DNA of 32,000 bases from the NCBI GenBank assembly GCA_030167145.1, contig CP126532.1, positions 3,510,001-3,542,000 of the forward strand, in the 5' to 3' direction. Below the pieces are notes generated by a model. It searched no databases, was not told the DNA's origin, and saw only the letters and a program-made list of their open reading frames with translations. The stretch comes from Ktedonobacterales bacterium. Lineage in GTDB: Bacteria > Chloroflexota > Ktedonobacteria > Ktedonobacterales > JADMIN01. The number at the start of each line of letters is the position of its first letter. Position 1 is the first letter of the stretch. The translations under genes and the position numbers were made by a program. Shown piece after piece: positions 1 to 8,588 of the stretch.

Positions 1-444
1 GACCCCCGCCACTGCGAGCAGCAACGCCAGCACATTGCGGCGCGTGCGCAAGCCCAGTACCGCCAGCAGAATCGGCCCCAGGAACTCGATAGCGCCGACG
101 GTCCCAAGTGGTAGGCGAGCGATGGCGAGATAAAAACAGGCATTCATCAGCGCCAGCACCACACCCAGCGCGATGAGGATGCGCGTGCGCCGCCATGACC
201 CCACGAGAAAGAGACGCCAGGGCCGTCGCCACAGTGCGAAGACTACAGCCGCGCTGGCAATCCGCAGCCACGCCACCCCCAGCGGCGCGACCGCCGCAAA
301 GAGCAGCACCGCGAACGCTGGCCCAAGATAGTGAAAGACCGCGCTGACCATGAAAAAGGCGTGCGGCGGAACCCTGGAAGCCAGGGCAGGCGGCTCGGAT
401 GCGGCTGCGCGTGTCGCGGACCGCTGTGTCACATGGCGTGCCAT
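1..444 (-). CDS. EamA/DMT-family transporter, N-terminal part (gene continues past the left edge)
   Basis: Absent from the ORF track because there is no stop in the window. My reverse-strand translation from ATG 444..442 is open to position 1: MARHVTQRSATRAAASEPPALASRVPPHAFFMVSAVFHYLGPAFAVLLFAAVAPLGVAWLRIASAAVVFALWRRPW...LMNACFYLAIARLPLGTVGAIEFLGPILLAVLG. It shows consecutive hydrophobic helices and an EamA-like LPLGT..IEFLGP segment. It is divergent from an Lrp/AsnC regulator, a common pairing. Start codon uncertain (weak RBS). Confidence 0.6.
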   Translation of the reverse strand, partial: MARHVTQRSATRAAASEPPALASRVPPHAFFMVSAVFHYLGPAFAVLLFAAVAPLGVAWLRIASAAVVFALWRRPWRLFLVGSWRRTRILIALGVVLALMNACFYLAIARLPLGTVGAIEFLGPILLAVLGLRTRRNVLALLLAVAGV

Positions 445-560
445 GGCGCAGTCGCTTTCTGCTGCTGACAGGATAGATAGATGGATGGCGCATCAGACAG
501 CAGTATGGTAAAACGGAATGAGCCATTATTACATAGCAATGTGAAGGGAAATGCGCTCAA

Positions 561-1058
561 ATGCCTAACGAACAAAGGGAAGAGCAGGTTTTCACTTACG
601 CGCCACGCCATGGGCTGCTGGATGCGGTGAACATGGGCCTGCTGGCGGAACTCCAGCGCAATCCGCGCCTGACCATCGCAGAGTTGGGGCGGCGGATTGG
701 CATGTCATCGCCCGCCGTGAGCGAACGCCTGCGCCGGTTAGAAGAAGCTGGCGTTATCCGTGGCTATCGCCTTGACCTCGACCCTACCGCTCTGGGCCTG
801 CCCATTGCGGCCTATGTCCGTGTCCGCCCTGGCCCCGGACAGTTGCCACGCATCGCCGAGCTTGCGCGAAGCATCCCCGAAATCGTCGAATGCCACCGCA
901 TTACCGGGGAAGATTGTTTCATCCTCAAAGTGCATCTGCCCGCGATGGAGCAGCTTGACCGCCTACTCGACCGCTTCCTGCTCTATGGCACGACCACCAC
1001 CTCGATCATTCAGTCCTCGCCTGTTCCATTGCGCGGCTTACCCCTCCCAACACCATGA
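561..1058 (+). CDS. Lrp/AsnC-family transcriptional regulator
   Basis: 165-aa ORF. N-terminal AsnC-type HTH (LTIAELGRRIGMSSPAVSERLRRLEEAGVIRGY) followed by an AsnC/RAM effector domain (ECHRITGEDCFILKVHL). High GC3 in this frame. Confidence 0.9.
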   Translation: MPNEQREEQVFTYAPRHGLLDAVNMGLLAELQRNPRLTIAELGRRIGMSSPAVSERLRRLEEAGVIRGYRLDLDPTALGLPIAAYVRVRPGPGQLPRIAELARSIPEIVECHRITGEDCFILKVHLPAMEQLDRLLDRFLLYGTTTTSIIQSSPVPLRGLPLPTP

Positions 1059-1191
1059 TTCGGCAGAACCGGGAGACGCGCTATCGTGCGCGCGTGCGGA
1101 TTCGGCGAGGGCGCACCCGTACTTCATCCATAGCAAAAGCGGCGGGCCGGGCAATCCCTGCCCAGCTCGCCACCAAATTGAAAAGGCGCGA

Positions 1192-2124
1192 CTATTCGCG
1201 CACGTCGTCGTAGAGCACGGTGCTCAGGTAGCGCTCGCCCGCCGACGGGAAGATCGCCACGATCACCTTGCCCGCGTAATCCGGCCGCGCCGCCACCTGC
1301 GCCGCTGCCCACGCCGCCGCGCCGCTGCTGATGCCCACCAGCAGCCCCTCCTCGCGCGCCAGCCGCCGCGCCATCTCGATGGCGTCGTTATCCGCCACCT
1401 GCACGATATCGTCAATCAAATGGGTATCCAGCACTTGAGGAATGAAGCCCGCGCCGATACCTTGAATCTTGGTCGGCCCTGCCTGCCCACCGGAGAGCAC
1501 CGGAGACGCGGATGGCTCGACGGCAATCGCCTTGAAGGTCGGCTTGCGCGGCTTGATGACCTCCGCCACGCCAGTCAGCGTGCCGCCCGTGCCGATGCCG
1601 GAGATCAACGCATCCACCTGCCCCTCGGTATCCGTCCAGATCTCCTCGGCGGTGGTCTCGCGGTGAATCGCCGGATTCGCCGGATTGTTGAACTGCTGCG
1701 GAATCCACGAGTTGGGCGTCTTGGCCGCGATCTGCTCGGCCCGCGCGATTGAGCCAGGCATGCGCTCAGCCGCTGGCGTCAACACCACCTCCGCGCCCAG
1801 CCGCCGCAGCACCAGTTTCCGCTCCTGGCTCACCGTCTCTGGCATCACCAGGATGCACTTGTAGCCACGCGCGGCGGCGACCCACGCCAGCCCAATACCC
1901 GTATTCCCGCTGGTCGGCTCGATGATCGTCGCCCCCGGCTTGATGACGCCGCGCTGCTCCGCATCATTGACCATACTGACGGCAATACGATCCTTCACAC
2001 TGTAGCCTGGCTGAAAGGCTTCCAGCTTGGCCAGCACGGTCGCGCCCGATGGCACAACATGGTTCAATTTCACCAGCGGCGTGCGACCGACCAGTTCAGT
2101 CGCGTCATTGGCCCAGCGCGGCAT
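1192..2124 (-). CDS. cysK: cysteine synthase A (O-acetylserine sulfhydrylase)
   Basis: 310-aa ORF with CysK/CysM hallmarks: [16 protein letters not shown] (PLP lysine), [10 protein letters not shown], and the GIGTGGT glycine loop. Sits directly downstream of an Rrf2 regulator on the same strand. Confidence 0.95.
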   Translation of the reverse strand: MPRWANDATELVGRTPLVKLNHVVPSGATVLAKLEAFQPGYSVKDRIAVSMVNDAEQRGVIKPGATIIEPTSGNTGIGLAWVAAARGYKCILVMPETVSQERKLVLRRLGAEVVLTPAAERMPGSIARAEQIAAKTPNSWIPQQFNNPANPAIHRETTAEEIWTDTEGQVDALISGIGTGGTLTGVAEVIKPRKPTFKAIAVEPSASPVLSGGQAGPTKIQGIGAGFIPQVLDTHLIDDIVQVADNDAIEMARRLAREEGLLVGISSGAAAWAAAQVAARPDYAGKVIVAIFPSAGERYLSTVLYDDVRE

Positions 2125-2238
2125 AACGATGTCCCTTTCCTTCTCGCGAAACGCGCGATACTGACATATGACAGATACGCGATATGAGCGCTCCGCACAG
2201 CGTATGCCGCAGATAGTAGAGTATATAAATCAACTTTG

Positions 2239-2682
2239 TCAAATATAATACATCGGCTCGTTCTGCTGCGCGGGGATACGGTGCCGCTGGGCGAGTTGTT
2301 CCAGCGTCGTCGCCAGCAGCAATTGCCGCGTATACGCCTCCACCTGCTGCCACACTTCGCGGATCGCGCAGCCTGCCGTTAACTGGCATGCCCCAGGATT
2401 CGGCAGACATTCCATCGGCGCGATAGTGCCTTCCAGCGCGTGAATCACGTCGTTCATACAGATCTGCGCCGGTGGCCGCGCCAGCATATGCCCGCCCTGC
2501 GGGCCGCGCAGACTCTTGAGCAGCCCCGCCCGCCGCAACATAATCAGCAACTGGTCGAGAAAGTGTTCCGGGATGCGCTGGCGTTCGGCAATCGCACCGC
2601 TAGGCACCGGCCCCGCGCCATAGTGCGCCGCCAGGTCAATCATCGCGCGCAGGCCATAGTCGCCCTTCATTGTGATACGCAT
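2239..2682 (-). CDS. Rrf2-family transcriptional regulator (CymR/IscR-like)
   Basis: 147-aa ORF. Rrf2 winged HTH (MKGDYGLRAMIDLA ... IPEHFLDQLLIMLRRAGLLKSLRGPQGGHMLA) and a clustered C-x6-C-x5-C (MECLPNPGACQLTAGCAI) compatible with Fe-S ligation. Co-directional with cysK, 115 nt upstream of it. Confidence 0.9.
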   Translation of the reverse strand: MRITMKGDYGLRAMIDLAAHYGAGPVPSGAIAERQRIPEHFLDQLLIMLRRAGLLKSLRGPQGGHMLARPPAQICMNDVIHALEGTIAPMECLPNPGACQLTAGCAIREVWQQVEAYTRQLLLATTLEQLAQRHRIPAQQNEPMYYI

Positions 2683-2832
2683 ACATCTACCTCACTCATG
2701 GGCCTTCTTCTTCGCCGCCGCTCCACCTTCGCGCGAGAGGACGGCGCGCTGGCGGCGGGCATATTGTTTACCACTTCTGTTAAGTATGTGCCATAGGGCA
2801 GCAATATGGCAACTACAAACGTGAACAATGGC

Positions 2833-3720
2833 TCACACTTCAGCGTCGAGCAGCGCCAAAAACGCCTGCAACGCTGAGCTGACCGGACGAATCGGCGCCT
2901 GCACCCGCGAGAGCCACCGGCGCACCCGCAACTCCGGCGCATCCAGCACGATCAACCGCCCCAACTCCAGCTCCTGCGCGATGGCCGCCGCCGACACCAT
3001 CCCCAGCCCCAGCCCCGCGCTGACCAGATGCTTCACCGTCTCGGTATCTGCCGCTTCCAGGGTGACGGGCAGCGTGATGCCCTTGGCACGCAACGCCTCG
3101 TCAATGATCTGCCGCGTGCCGGAGCCGCTCTCGCGATGCACGAACGGCGCGGCGAGGATGCGCTTCAGCGACGGCGCATGCGCTCTGCCTAGCGGCGAAT
3201 CGCTGGCGGCGATCACCACCAGTTCATCCTCGCGCCACGGCGTCACCTCCAGCCCGTCGGCCTCCACCGGACCCTCCACCAGCGCAATATCCAGCGGGCT
3301 ACTTTGCAAACGCTCAATGATGTCGCGCGTGTGTCCGATGTCCAGGAACAACTGAATCTTGGGATAGCGCCGGTGGAACGCTCCCAGGATCGGTGGCAGC
3401 AGATACGCCCCGATGGTGGTGCTGGCGCCGATGGCCAGCCGTCCCTGTTCCAGGTCGCGCAGGTGCGCCAGGGCAATCTCGGCGGCATGCTCTGTGCGGA
3501 AGATTTGCTGAGCATGGCGGTAGAGAATCTCGCCCGCCTCAGTCAGCGCCAGCGGCGAGCGCGAGCGGTCGAGCAGCGTCGCGCCCGTCTGCCGTTCCAG
3601 TTCGCGCACCGCCTTCGAGACGGCGGGCTGGCTGATATAGAGCGCCCCCGCCGCGCGGCTGAAGCTCTGGTATTCAGCTACCGCGGCGAACAAACGCAAC
3701 AAATGGAGATTGATTGGCAT
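2833..3720 (-). CDS. LysR-family transcriptional regulator
   Basis: 295-aa ORF. LysR HTH (LHLLRLFAAVAEYQSFSRAAGALYISQPAVSKAVRELE) plus a LysR substrate-binding domain. Divergent from the DUF1634/TauE pair. Confidence 0.9.
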   Translation of the reverse strand: MPINLHLLRLFAAVAEYQSFSRAAGALYISQPAVSKAVRELERQTGATLLDRSRSPLALTEAGEILYRHAQQIFRTEHAAEIALAHLRDLEQGRLAIGASTTIGAYLLPPILGAFHRRYPKIQLFLDIGHTRDIIERLQSSPLDIALVEGPVEADGLEVTPWREDELVVIAASDSPLGRAHAPSLKRILAAPFVHRESGSGTRQIIDEALRAKGITLPVTLEAADTETVKHLVSAGLGLGMVSAAAIAQELELGRLIVLDAPELRVRRWLSRVQAPIRPVSSALQAFLALLDAEV

Positions 3721-3729
3721 AATGACATG

Positions 3730-3743
3730 TTATCACATCATAA
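3730..3743. promoter_or_regulatory. candidate LysR-type operator (TTAT-N6-ATAA dyad) in the divergent intergenic region
   Basis: TTATCACATCATAA lies 10 nt from the LysR start codon, between the divergent genes. It is an AT-rich dyad of the kind LysR regulators bind. Purely positional and pattern-based. Confidence 0.3.
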
Positions 3744-3761
3744 CAATCATGTCTTGCGGTT

Positions 3762-4283
3762 ATGTGCAACGCGCCTATAGTTCATAGTATGAGGTTTTTA
3801 TCATTGAACACATCCTACGACCCCGCGAATGGCGAGGCCGCCACGCGGCATACCAACACGCATGCCAACACGCATACCGAGCAAGACGCACCCGCGCCCG
3901 AAGCTGCGCCACCCATCTCACCTACGCCACCCACGGAAAGGGCCATCTGGCGTTCTGAGCTGATAATCAGTTTCGTGCTGCGCGGCGGGGTGCTACTGAG
4001 CGCGGCGCTGATGGTGATCGGCCTGCTCTCCCTCGTGCTGACACGCAATACCGCCATGCCGGAGCCTTCCAGCGTGGCGAGCTTCGTCCATGCCGTGCTG
4101 ACCGGCGAGCCACTCGCCCTGATGACCCTTGGCCTGCTGGTGCTGCTCCTGACGCCTGTGCTGCGCGTCGTGGTCGCCCTCATCACCTTCGCCTGGCAGC
4201 GCGACTGGCGCTTCACGCTCATCACCGCCATCGTGCTCTGTGTGCTGCTCTTGAGCGTGCTCCTGGGCAGAGGAGGCGCGTGA
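3762..4283 (+). CDS. DUF1634-family small membrane protein (usual partner of TauE/SafE permeases)
   Basis: The C-terminal 115 aa (RSELIISFVLRGGVLLSAALMVIGLL ... LTPVLRVVVALITFAWQRDWRFTLITAIVLCVLL) looks like DUF1634 with 3-4 TM helices. Its stop is 3 nt before the TauE start. The N-terminal 60 aa are low-complexity, so the true start (3762 or ATG 3789) is uncertain. Confidence 0.7.
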   Translation: MCNAPIVHSMRFLSLNTSYDPANGEAATRHTNTHANTHTEQDAPAPEAAPPISPTPPTERAIWRSELIISFVLRGGVLLSAALMVIGLLSLVLTRNTAMPEPSSVASFVHAVLTGEPLALMTLGLLVLLLTPVLRVVVALITFAWQRDWRFTLITAIVLCVLLLSVLLGRGGA

Positions 4284-4286
4284 GCC

Positions 4287-5147
4287 ATGCCAACCCCAGA
4301 CACCTATCTGCTCTACTTCCTCGTCGTCTTCCTCGTCTGCGTCGGCGCGGGGCTGCTCGGCTCGCTGGTCGGCCTGGGCGGGGGCATCTTCGTCGTGCCG
4401 CTGCTCACGCTGATCTTTCACGTCCCCTTCCCTGTGGCGGCGGGCGCTTCGATTGTCTCCGTCATCGCCACTTCCAGCGGCGCGGCGGCGGCGTATGTGC
4501 GCGACCACATCGTCAACCTGCGCGTCGGCATGTTCCTCGAAGTCGCCACCACCATCGGCGCGCTCTGTGGCGCATTCCTGGTGACACTCCTGCCCCCCGG
4601 CATCTTGTTCGTGCTCTTCGGCCTGGTGCTGCTCGCCGCCATGCTTCCCTCGCTGGCAAAGCTCGGCGAAGAGCTACCCCAGCACGTACACAACGACGCG
4701 CTCTCCGAACGGCTCGCCCTGGCTGGCTCGTATCCCGACCCGCAACTGCATCGCGTTGTGCGCTACAACGTGACCCGTGTGCCGCTCGGCTTCGGCATCA
4801 TGTACGTCGCCGGCGCGCTCTCCGGGCTGCTCGGCATCGGCAGCGGACCCTTCAAGGTGCTGGCGCTCGATAGCGCGATGCGCCTGCCGATGAAGGTCTC
4901 CACCACCACCAGCAACTTCATGATCGGCGTCACGGCGGCGGCCAGCGCGGGCCTCTACTTCGCACGCGGCGACATCAACCCGCTGATCGCCACCCCCGTC
5001 GCCCTCGGCGTCCTCTGCGGCGCGATGATCGGCGCACGAACGCTGTCACGCTTCTCCAACACCACCCTCAAAAAAGTCTTCCTGCTCGTCCTGGCCATCT
5101 TCGCCATCAACATGCTCGTGCGCGGCATCGCGACCCTCTTGGGGTAG
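4287..5147 (+). CDS. TauE/SafE-family sulfite/organosulfonate exporter (DUF81 permease)
   Basis: 286-aa polytopic ORF with the TauE signature region LGSLVGLGGGIFVVPLL and an internally repeated architecture. Tightly coupled to the DUF1634 gene. Confidence 0.85.
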   Translation: MPTPDTYLLYFLVVFLVCVGAGLLGSLVGLGGGIFVVPLLTLIFHVPFPVAAGASIVSVIATSSGAAAAYVRDHIVNLRVGMFLEVATTIGALCGAFLVTLLPPGILFVLFGLVLLAAMLPSLAKLGEELPQHVHNDALSERLALAGSYPDPQLHRVVRYNVTRVPLGFGIMYVAGALSGLLGIGSGPFKVLALDSAMRLPMKVSTTTSNFMIGVTAAASAGLYFARGDINPLIATPVALGVLCGAMIGARTLSRFSNTTLKKVFLLVLAIFAINMLVRGIATLLG

Positions 5148-5243
5148 CGTCGTGCTCCGCGCGCCCGCGCGGAACCACCGCCCGGCTGCCCCATGTGCTA
5201 CACTTCACTTGCGCGCATATGAGGGCATCGGAGGAAACAGCTT

Positions 5244-5486
5244 ATGGCAGTACCACGACAACATGATCCCGAATTAGAGGAATTGCTTCGCAAGGGAGCG
5301 GCAGAGATCACGCGATTGAATCCGCACATCGGCGCGCCACCTCCAGCCTATACAGATGAGGAGTGCGCCGCGATCCTGCGCGACGACGAAGAACTGGATG
5401 CGCTATGGAGCACGCCTGAAGTGCAACGCGCCCAGCAATTGGGATACTCGGCATCTGATGCGGTATCCGAAGACCGTGGCGAGTAA
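5244..5486 (+). CDS. small acidic protein, putative antitoxin partner of the downstream PIN toxin
   Basis: 80-aa ORF with GGAGG 9 nt upstream of the ATG. It ends 15 nt before the PIN gene. I see no recognisable RHH, AbrB or Phd fold signature, so the assignment is by position only. Confidence 0.5.
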   Translation: MAVPRQHDPELEELLRKGAAEITRLNPHIGAPPPAYTDEECAAILRDDEELDALWSTPEVQRAQQLGYSASDAVSEDRGE

Positions 5487-5501
5487 AGGATGTAGTAGCG
5501 G

Positions 5502-6002
5502 ATGCCAAGCTACTTCTTTGACTCCAGCGCCATCGTCAAACGTTACCATTTTGAACCAGGGAGCCCCTGGGTCCGCTCTATCTGTGACCCCCGTACTCGA
5601 CCACCCCTCTACCTTGCTCAGCTTGCCCAAGTTGAAGTCGTCGCGGCGTTGCGCCAGACGGGCCGTCGCGAAAATCTGCATCCGTCGTTTGTTGATTCAA
5701 TGGTGAGTCTGTTTGCTCGACACCTCATCCTTAGCGATCCCGCGCGACCCACGCCGATGTATCGTCTTATCCCCCTTTCGGCGGTGGTACTTGAACTTGC
5801 GGCGCACCTCTGCAATCGCTATTGGAATGTGCAGCCATATCCTCTGCGAAGTCTGGACGCGATCCAGTTGGCTGCTGCTCTCCTCACCGCAACCGCGATT
5901 TCAGACGAACTCCGCTTCGTGACAGCCGACACACGGCTCGCGGCTATCGCTCCCCTCGAAGGTATGACCGTCGTTAATCCATTGACCCCGCCTCATCCCT
6001 AG
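5502..6002 (+). CDS. PIN-domain ribonuclease, VapC-like type II toxin
   Basis: 166-aa ORF. Conserved acidic positions of PIN domains are present: N-terminal FFDSSAIVKRY, central LRSLDAIQLAAAL and C-terminal FVTADTRLA. Confidence 0.8.
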   Translation: MPSYFFDSSAIVKRYHFEPGSPWVRSICDPRTRPPLYLAQLAQVEVVAALRQTGRRENLHPSFVDSMVSLFARHLILSDPARPTPMYRLIPLSAVVLELAAHLCNRYWNVQPYPLRSLDAIQLAAALLTATAISDELRFVTADTRLAAIAPLEGMTVVNPLTPPHP

Positions 6003-6161
6003 TGCATCACACATCCGCAATTCGCTGACACGCACGGCGTTCCTCTCCATCCTCGCAACGAGATTTTCCCTCACCAGTCCTATCCCCTGGACAAACCTCT
6101 CCGCACCGCGCATAATAGAACAAAAGTTCTAAATACTGCGCGAGAGGAGCGGAGGCACACC

Positions 6162-6707
6162 ATGAGCTGGTTTTTGCTAGGCGACGACAAACGCCGCGAA
6201 TCTTTCGGCGCGGGCGCACTGGGCGGTGCGTACCCCACCGTCACCATCGGCCTGGGCAGCGCCTACGCCAGCCGCAACTGGGGCTGGGCGCGCTCCACAC
6301 CCGCGCGTATCCCATCGGCGCGGACCATCACCTGGGAAGACGATTGGGACGATGATGACAGCCCCATCGGCGGGACCGTCGTGCGTATTCCCGATACCGT
6401 CATGCGCCGTATGCTGCGCGCCGCGCGTGACGCCGGGCTGAGCGACAGCGCCCTCTGGGCCGAAGCCGCCCGCGCCTGGCTGGCCACCCGCCCCGCGAGC
6501 GCTGCCGCCGACGACGAGCCACGTCCCCCCACGCCCCCCGCCGCCGCCCTGCCGCGCCCGCGTGTACCCCGCGCCTGGGCCGCGATTGACGCTGTGCTCG
6601 CCGACCTCCGCGCTCCCACGCTGCATAGAGTCACGCGAGCGGATACATCGGAAGCAACGGACGAGCCCGCCGATACGCGCGAACCAGCAGGCGCCCCCGC
6701 CGCCTGA
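6162..6707 (+). CDS. hypothetical protein with possible ribbon-helix-helix-like segment and Pro/Ala-rich tail
   Basis: 181-aa ORF with strong GC3 bias in this frame and GAGGAGCGGAGG upstream of the ATG. The segment VVRIPDTVMRRMLRAARDAGLSDSALWAEAARAWLA resembles a strand-helix-helix (CopG-like) unit. An acidic WEDDWDDDD patch is present. No confident family. Confidence 0.55.
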   Translation: MSWFLLGDDKRRESFGAGALGGAYPTVTIGLGSAYASRNWGWARSTPARIPSARTITWEDDWDDDDSPIGGTVVRIPDTVMRRMLRAARDAGLSDSALWAEAARAWLATRPASAAADDEPRPPTPPAAALPRPRVPRAWAAIDAVLADLRAPTLHRVTRADTSEATDEPADTREPAGAPAA

Positions 6708-6795
6708 CATCAGTTTGCGTTGGGCAAGGATGCCCGCTCTGCGCCTGACGCACAACTCATAGCCCAGGGCTACAAAGTTTAATGTATAAGAAACC

Positions 6796-7941
6796 TCATG
6801 ATATACCAATGAGATGAAGAATCTGTGATTCCAAGACTACGAGAGCCGAACCAATTGCGAGCAGTACAACCCCGAATACCGCTTCTACAATGTAGTGTCT
6901 AGTGTAAGGAATCGATCCGAGGACGAGCACTGCTGCGAATGAGATTACCCTAGGGGCCAGTATCCCCGAGAATCCGCCACTTGGTAGCGGATTCGACAGA
7001 AGAAGTAGACCACTGACAAGTCCTGCTGTGAGATCGCTAAGGATGAGATGATGGTAGTCGACAATTAGGCCCGGAAGATACCTGCTGAATATGGCAGTAA
7101 TAACATCATCATAGAGACGTCCGGCCGCGAAGCCAAAACATGCCAGGACAAGAAGGTGCAATGGCGGACTTATCGACACGCCAACGATCAACACACCTAC
7201 GTAGGCCACTAGATGGCCGACAAGAAGGCCTATCATCACTTTGAAGATTAAGGGTAGGAACCGAGATATGATAATGGTTAGGCGGGAGGGACTTGAATCG
7301 TCGTCTATGTTATCTGAGTTAGACTCAGGCCCATTTATTCGCCCTTCCCGCCAGTCTTGGTACGTCCTCGCAAACGGAGAATAGAACGCCCGCCAGGAAA
7401 GCGGTTGTTTCCTCACGATCCTCACAACCAACCAGATAGGACGAGTCACAACATATAGCGCCATGAGGAACACAAATGCCGCTGCCATATATATCAGAAG
7501 AGGTATCAGCAGCACGACATTCAGAATCACCCGAAATATTTGCGCGAACATGCTGGCTATGAGGAGCAGCCAGCGAAGGCGTAGTTTCGCTAAGGGACCC
7601 CGACGAAAAGCAGGACTAAACGCGATGAGGTGGCGGATTCCGGCAGCAAGGCCAAGGCCCACACCCAGTGCGGCACCAATCTGCCATCGTTCATGGGTCG
7701 GGCTGACGAGCAGCCCGACGAAAGCAAAGGTAAGCCCCCCGATTGCCGCTGTTAAGAGAGCCATCGGGACATATGTGAGGTACTCAACCAGTGGATGATG
7801 CCGCTTGTTGAAAGTGGCCGAGTCGACGAAGACGACACCATGCTGCATGGCACCAGCCTCTATAAGGCGGAAAGTCCCTTCGACGGCTAGGATCATGCCA
7901 AGTAGTGGGAGTGATCTTGCAACGATGTCGTTCACTGGCAC
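6796..7941 (-). CDS. polytopic membrane protein of unknown function (low-G+C island gene 2)
   Basis: 381-aa ORF (GTG start as called by the track; start uncertain). About 9-10 hydrophobic helices are split by a hydrophilic loop (WREGRINGPESNSDNIDDDSSPSR). I recognise no motif. Local G+C is visibly lower than the flanks. Confidence 0.65.
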   Translation of the reverse strand: MPVNDIVARSLPLLGMILAVEGTFRLIEAGAMQHGVVFVDSATFNKRHHPLVEYLTYVPMALLTAAIGGLTFAFVGLLVSPTHERWQIGAALGVGLGLAAGIRHLIAFSPAFRRGPLAKLRLRWLLLIASMFAQIFRVILNVVLLIPLLIYMAAAFVFLMALYVVTRPIWLVVRIVRKQPLSWRAFYSPFARTYQDWREGRINGPESNSDNIDDDSSPSRLTIIISRFLPLIFKVMIGLLVGHLVAYVGVLIVGVSISPPLHLLVLACFGFAAGRLYDDVITAIFSRYLPGLIVDYHHLILSDLTAGLVSGLLLLSNPLPSGGFSGILAPRVISFAAVLVLGSIPYTRHYIVEAVFGVVLLAIGSALVVLESQILHLIGIS

Positions 7942-8015
7942 CTGATCCCGGACGCTCGCCTGGAGCGGCTTGCAAGCACAAGACGGAGGTATAAGCGGAT
8001 TGTGGCCTGCACTCG

Positions 8016-8588
8016 CTAGTCAAGCCACTGGAAAGACGATAGGATCGCCTGCCATTGGGGACGAAGTTCTCGGTCTGGATGCAGTATGATCGTCCACAGC
8101 AAGAAGCTGCTGGGGCGAGAGGACACGACGTCTGAGGGCCGCCTAGTGAAGAAGATCTGCAAACCTTCGGCTCCACTACTTGTTTTCCAAATGATGGTGG
8201 GTGCCCGGAATGCCGAGCTTCCATTACCGACAACCGTCATGTCGCGATCACGCTCAAGCAATTGATACCTGCTCACTGAGGAATAGCCGGAACGCTTCCA
8301 CTGGTCGAAGGTTTCCCTGGCGTACCAGGCCATGTCTTTCGATCCTTTGGTAACTTCCTGAGCCCGCCAGATGTTCCTTTCCGCGAGTAATCTCATGTCT
8401 TCGCGCTTGATCACCAGTGATGTCCCTGACGACAACACGAGATTACTCTCATCGTTCATGTCGTAGAACAAACCGCTGTGAAGCGATATGGGGACAGAGA
8501 TGGCGATGGGAAACCGAGAATCCAGGGATGTGAACCGCACAAAGCCCGGTCGTGTGCTGTCTTCTTCAATGCGTTCGTATTGACTCAT
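8016..8588 (-). CDS. soluble hypothetical protein (low-G+C island gene 1)
   Basis: I trimmed the 236-aa track ORF to the internal ATG at 8588 (MSQYERIEEDS...). That ATG has GGAGG 7 nt upstream (reverse complement of 8589-8605), giving 190 aa. No TM segment, signal peptide or recognisable motif. It lies 75 nt upstream of the membrane protein gene on the same strand. Confidence 0.6.
   Translation of the reverse strand: MSQYERIEEDSTRPGFVRFTSLDSRFPIAISVPISLHSGLFYDMNDESNLVLSSGTSLVIKREDMRLLAERNIWRAQEVTKGSKDMAWYARETFDQWKRSGYSSVSRYQLLERDRDMTVVGNGSSAFRAPTIIWKTSSGAEGLQIFFTRRPSDVVSSRPSSFLLWTIILHPDRELRPQWQAILSSFQWLD

Noticed and set aside
760-1752. 330-aa + strand ORF overlapping the Lrp gene end and antisense to cysK
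   Set aside because: Arg/Pro/Ala-rich nonsense typical of the antisense frame of a high-GC3 gene. cysK on the opposite strand is unambiguous.
4280-4873. 197-aa + strand ORF overlapping the TauE gene in another frame
   Set aside because: Arg/Ala/Pro-rich off-frame product. The TauE frame has the family signature and TM periodicity.
6177-6809. 210-aa minus-strand ORF
   Set aside because: Antisense to the 6162-6707 gene, which has the better RBS and GC3 pattern. The translation is a Gly/Ala/Arg-rich artefact.
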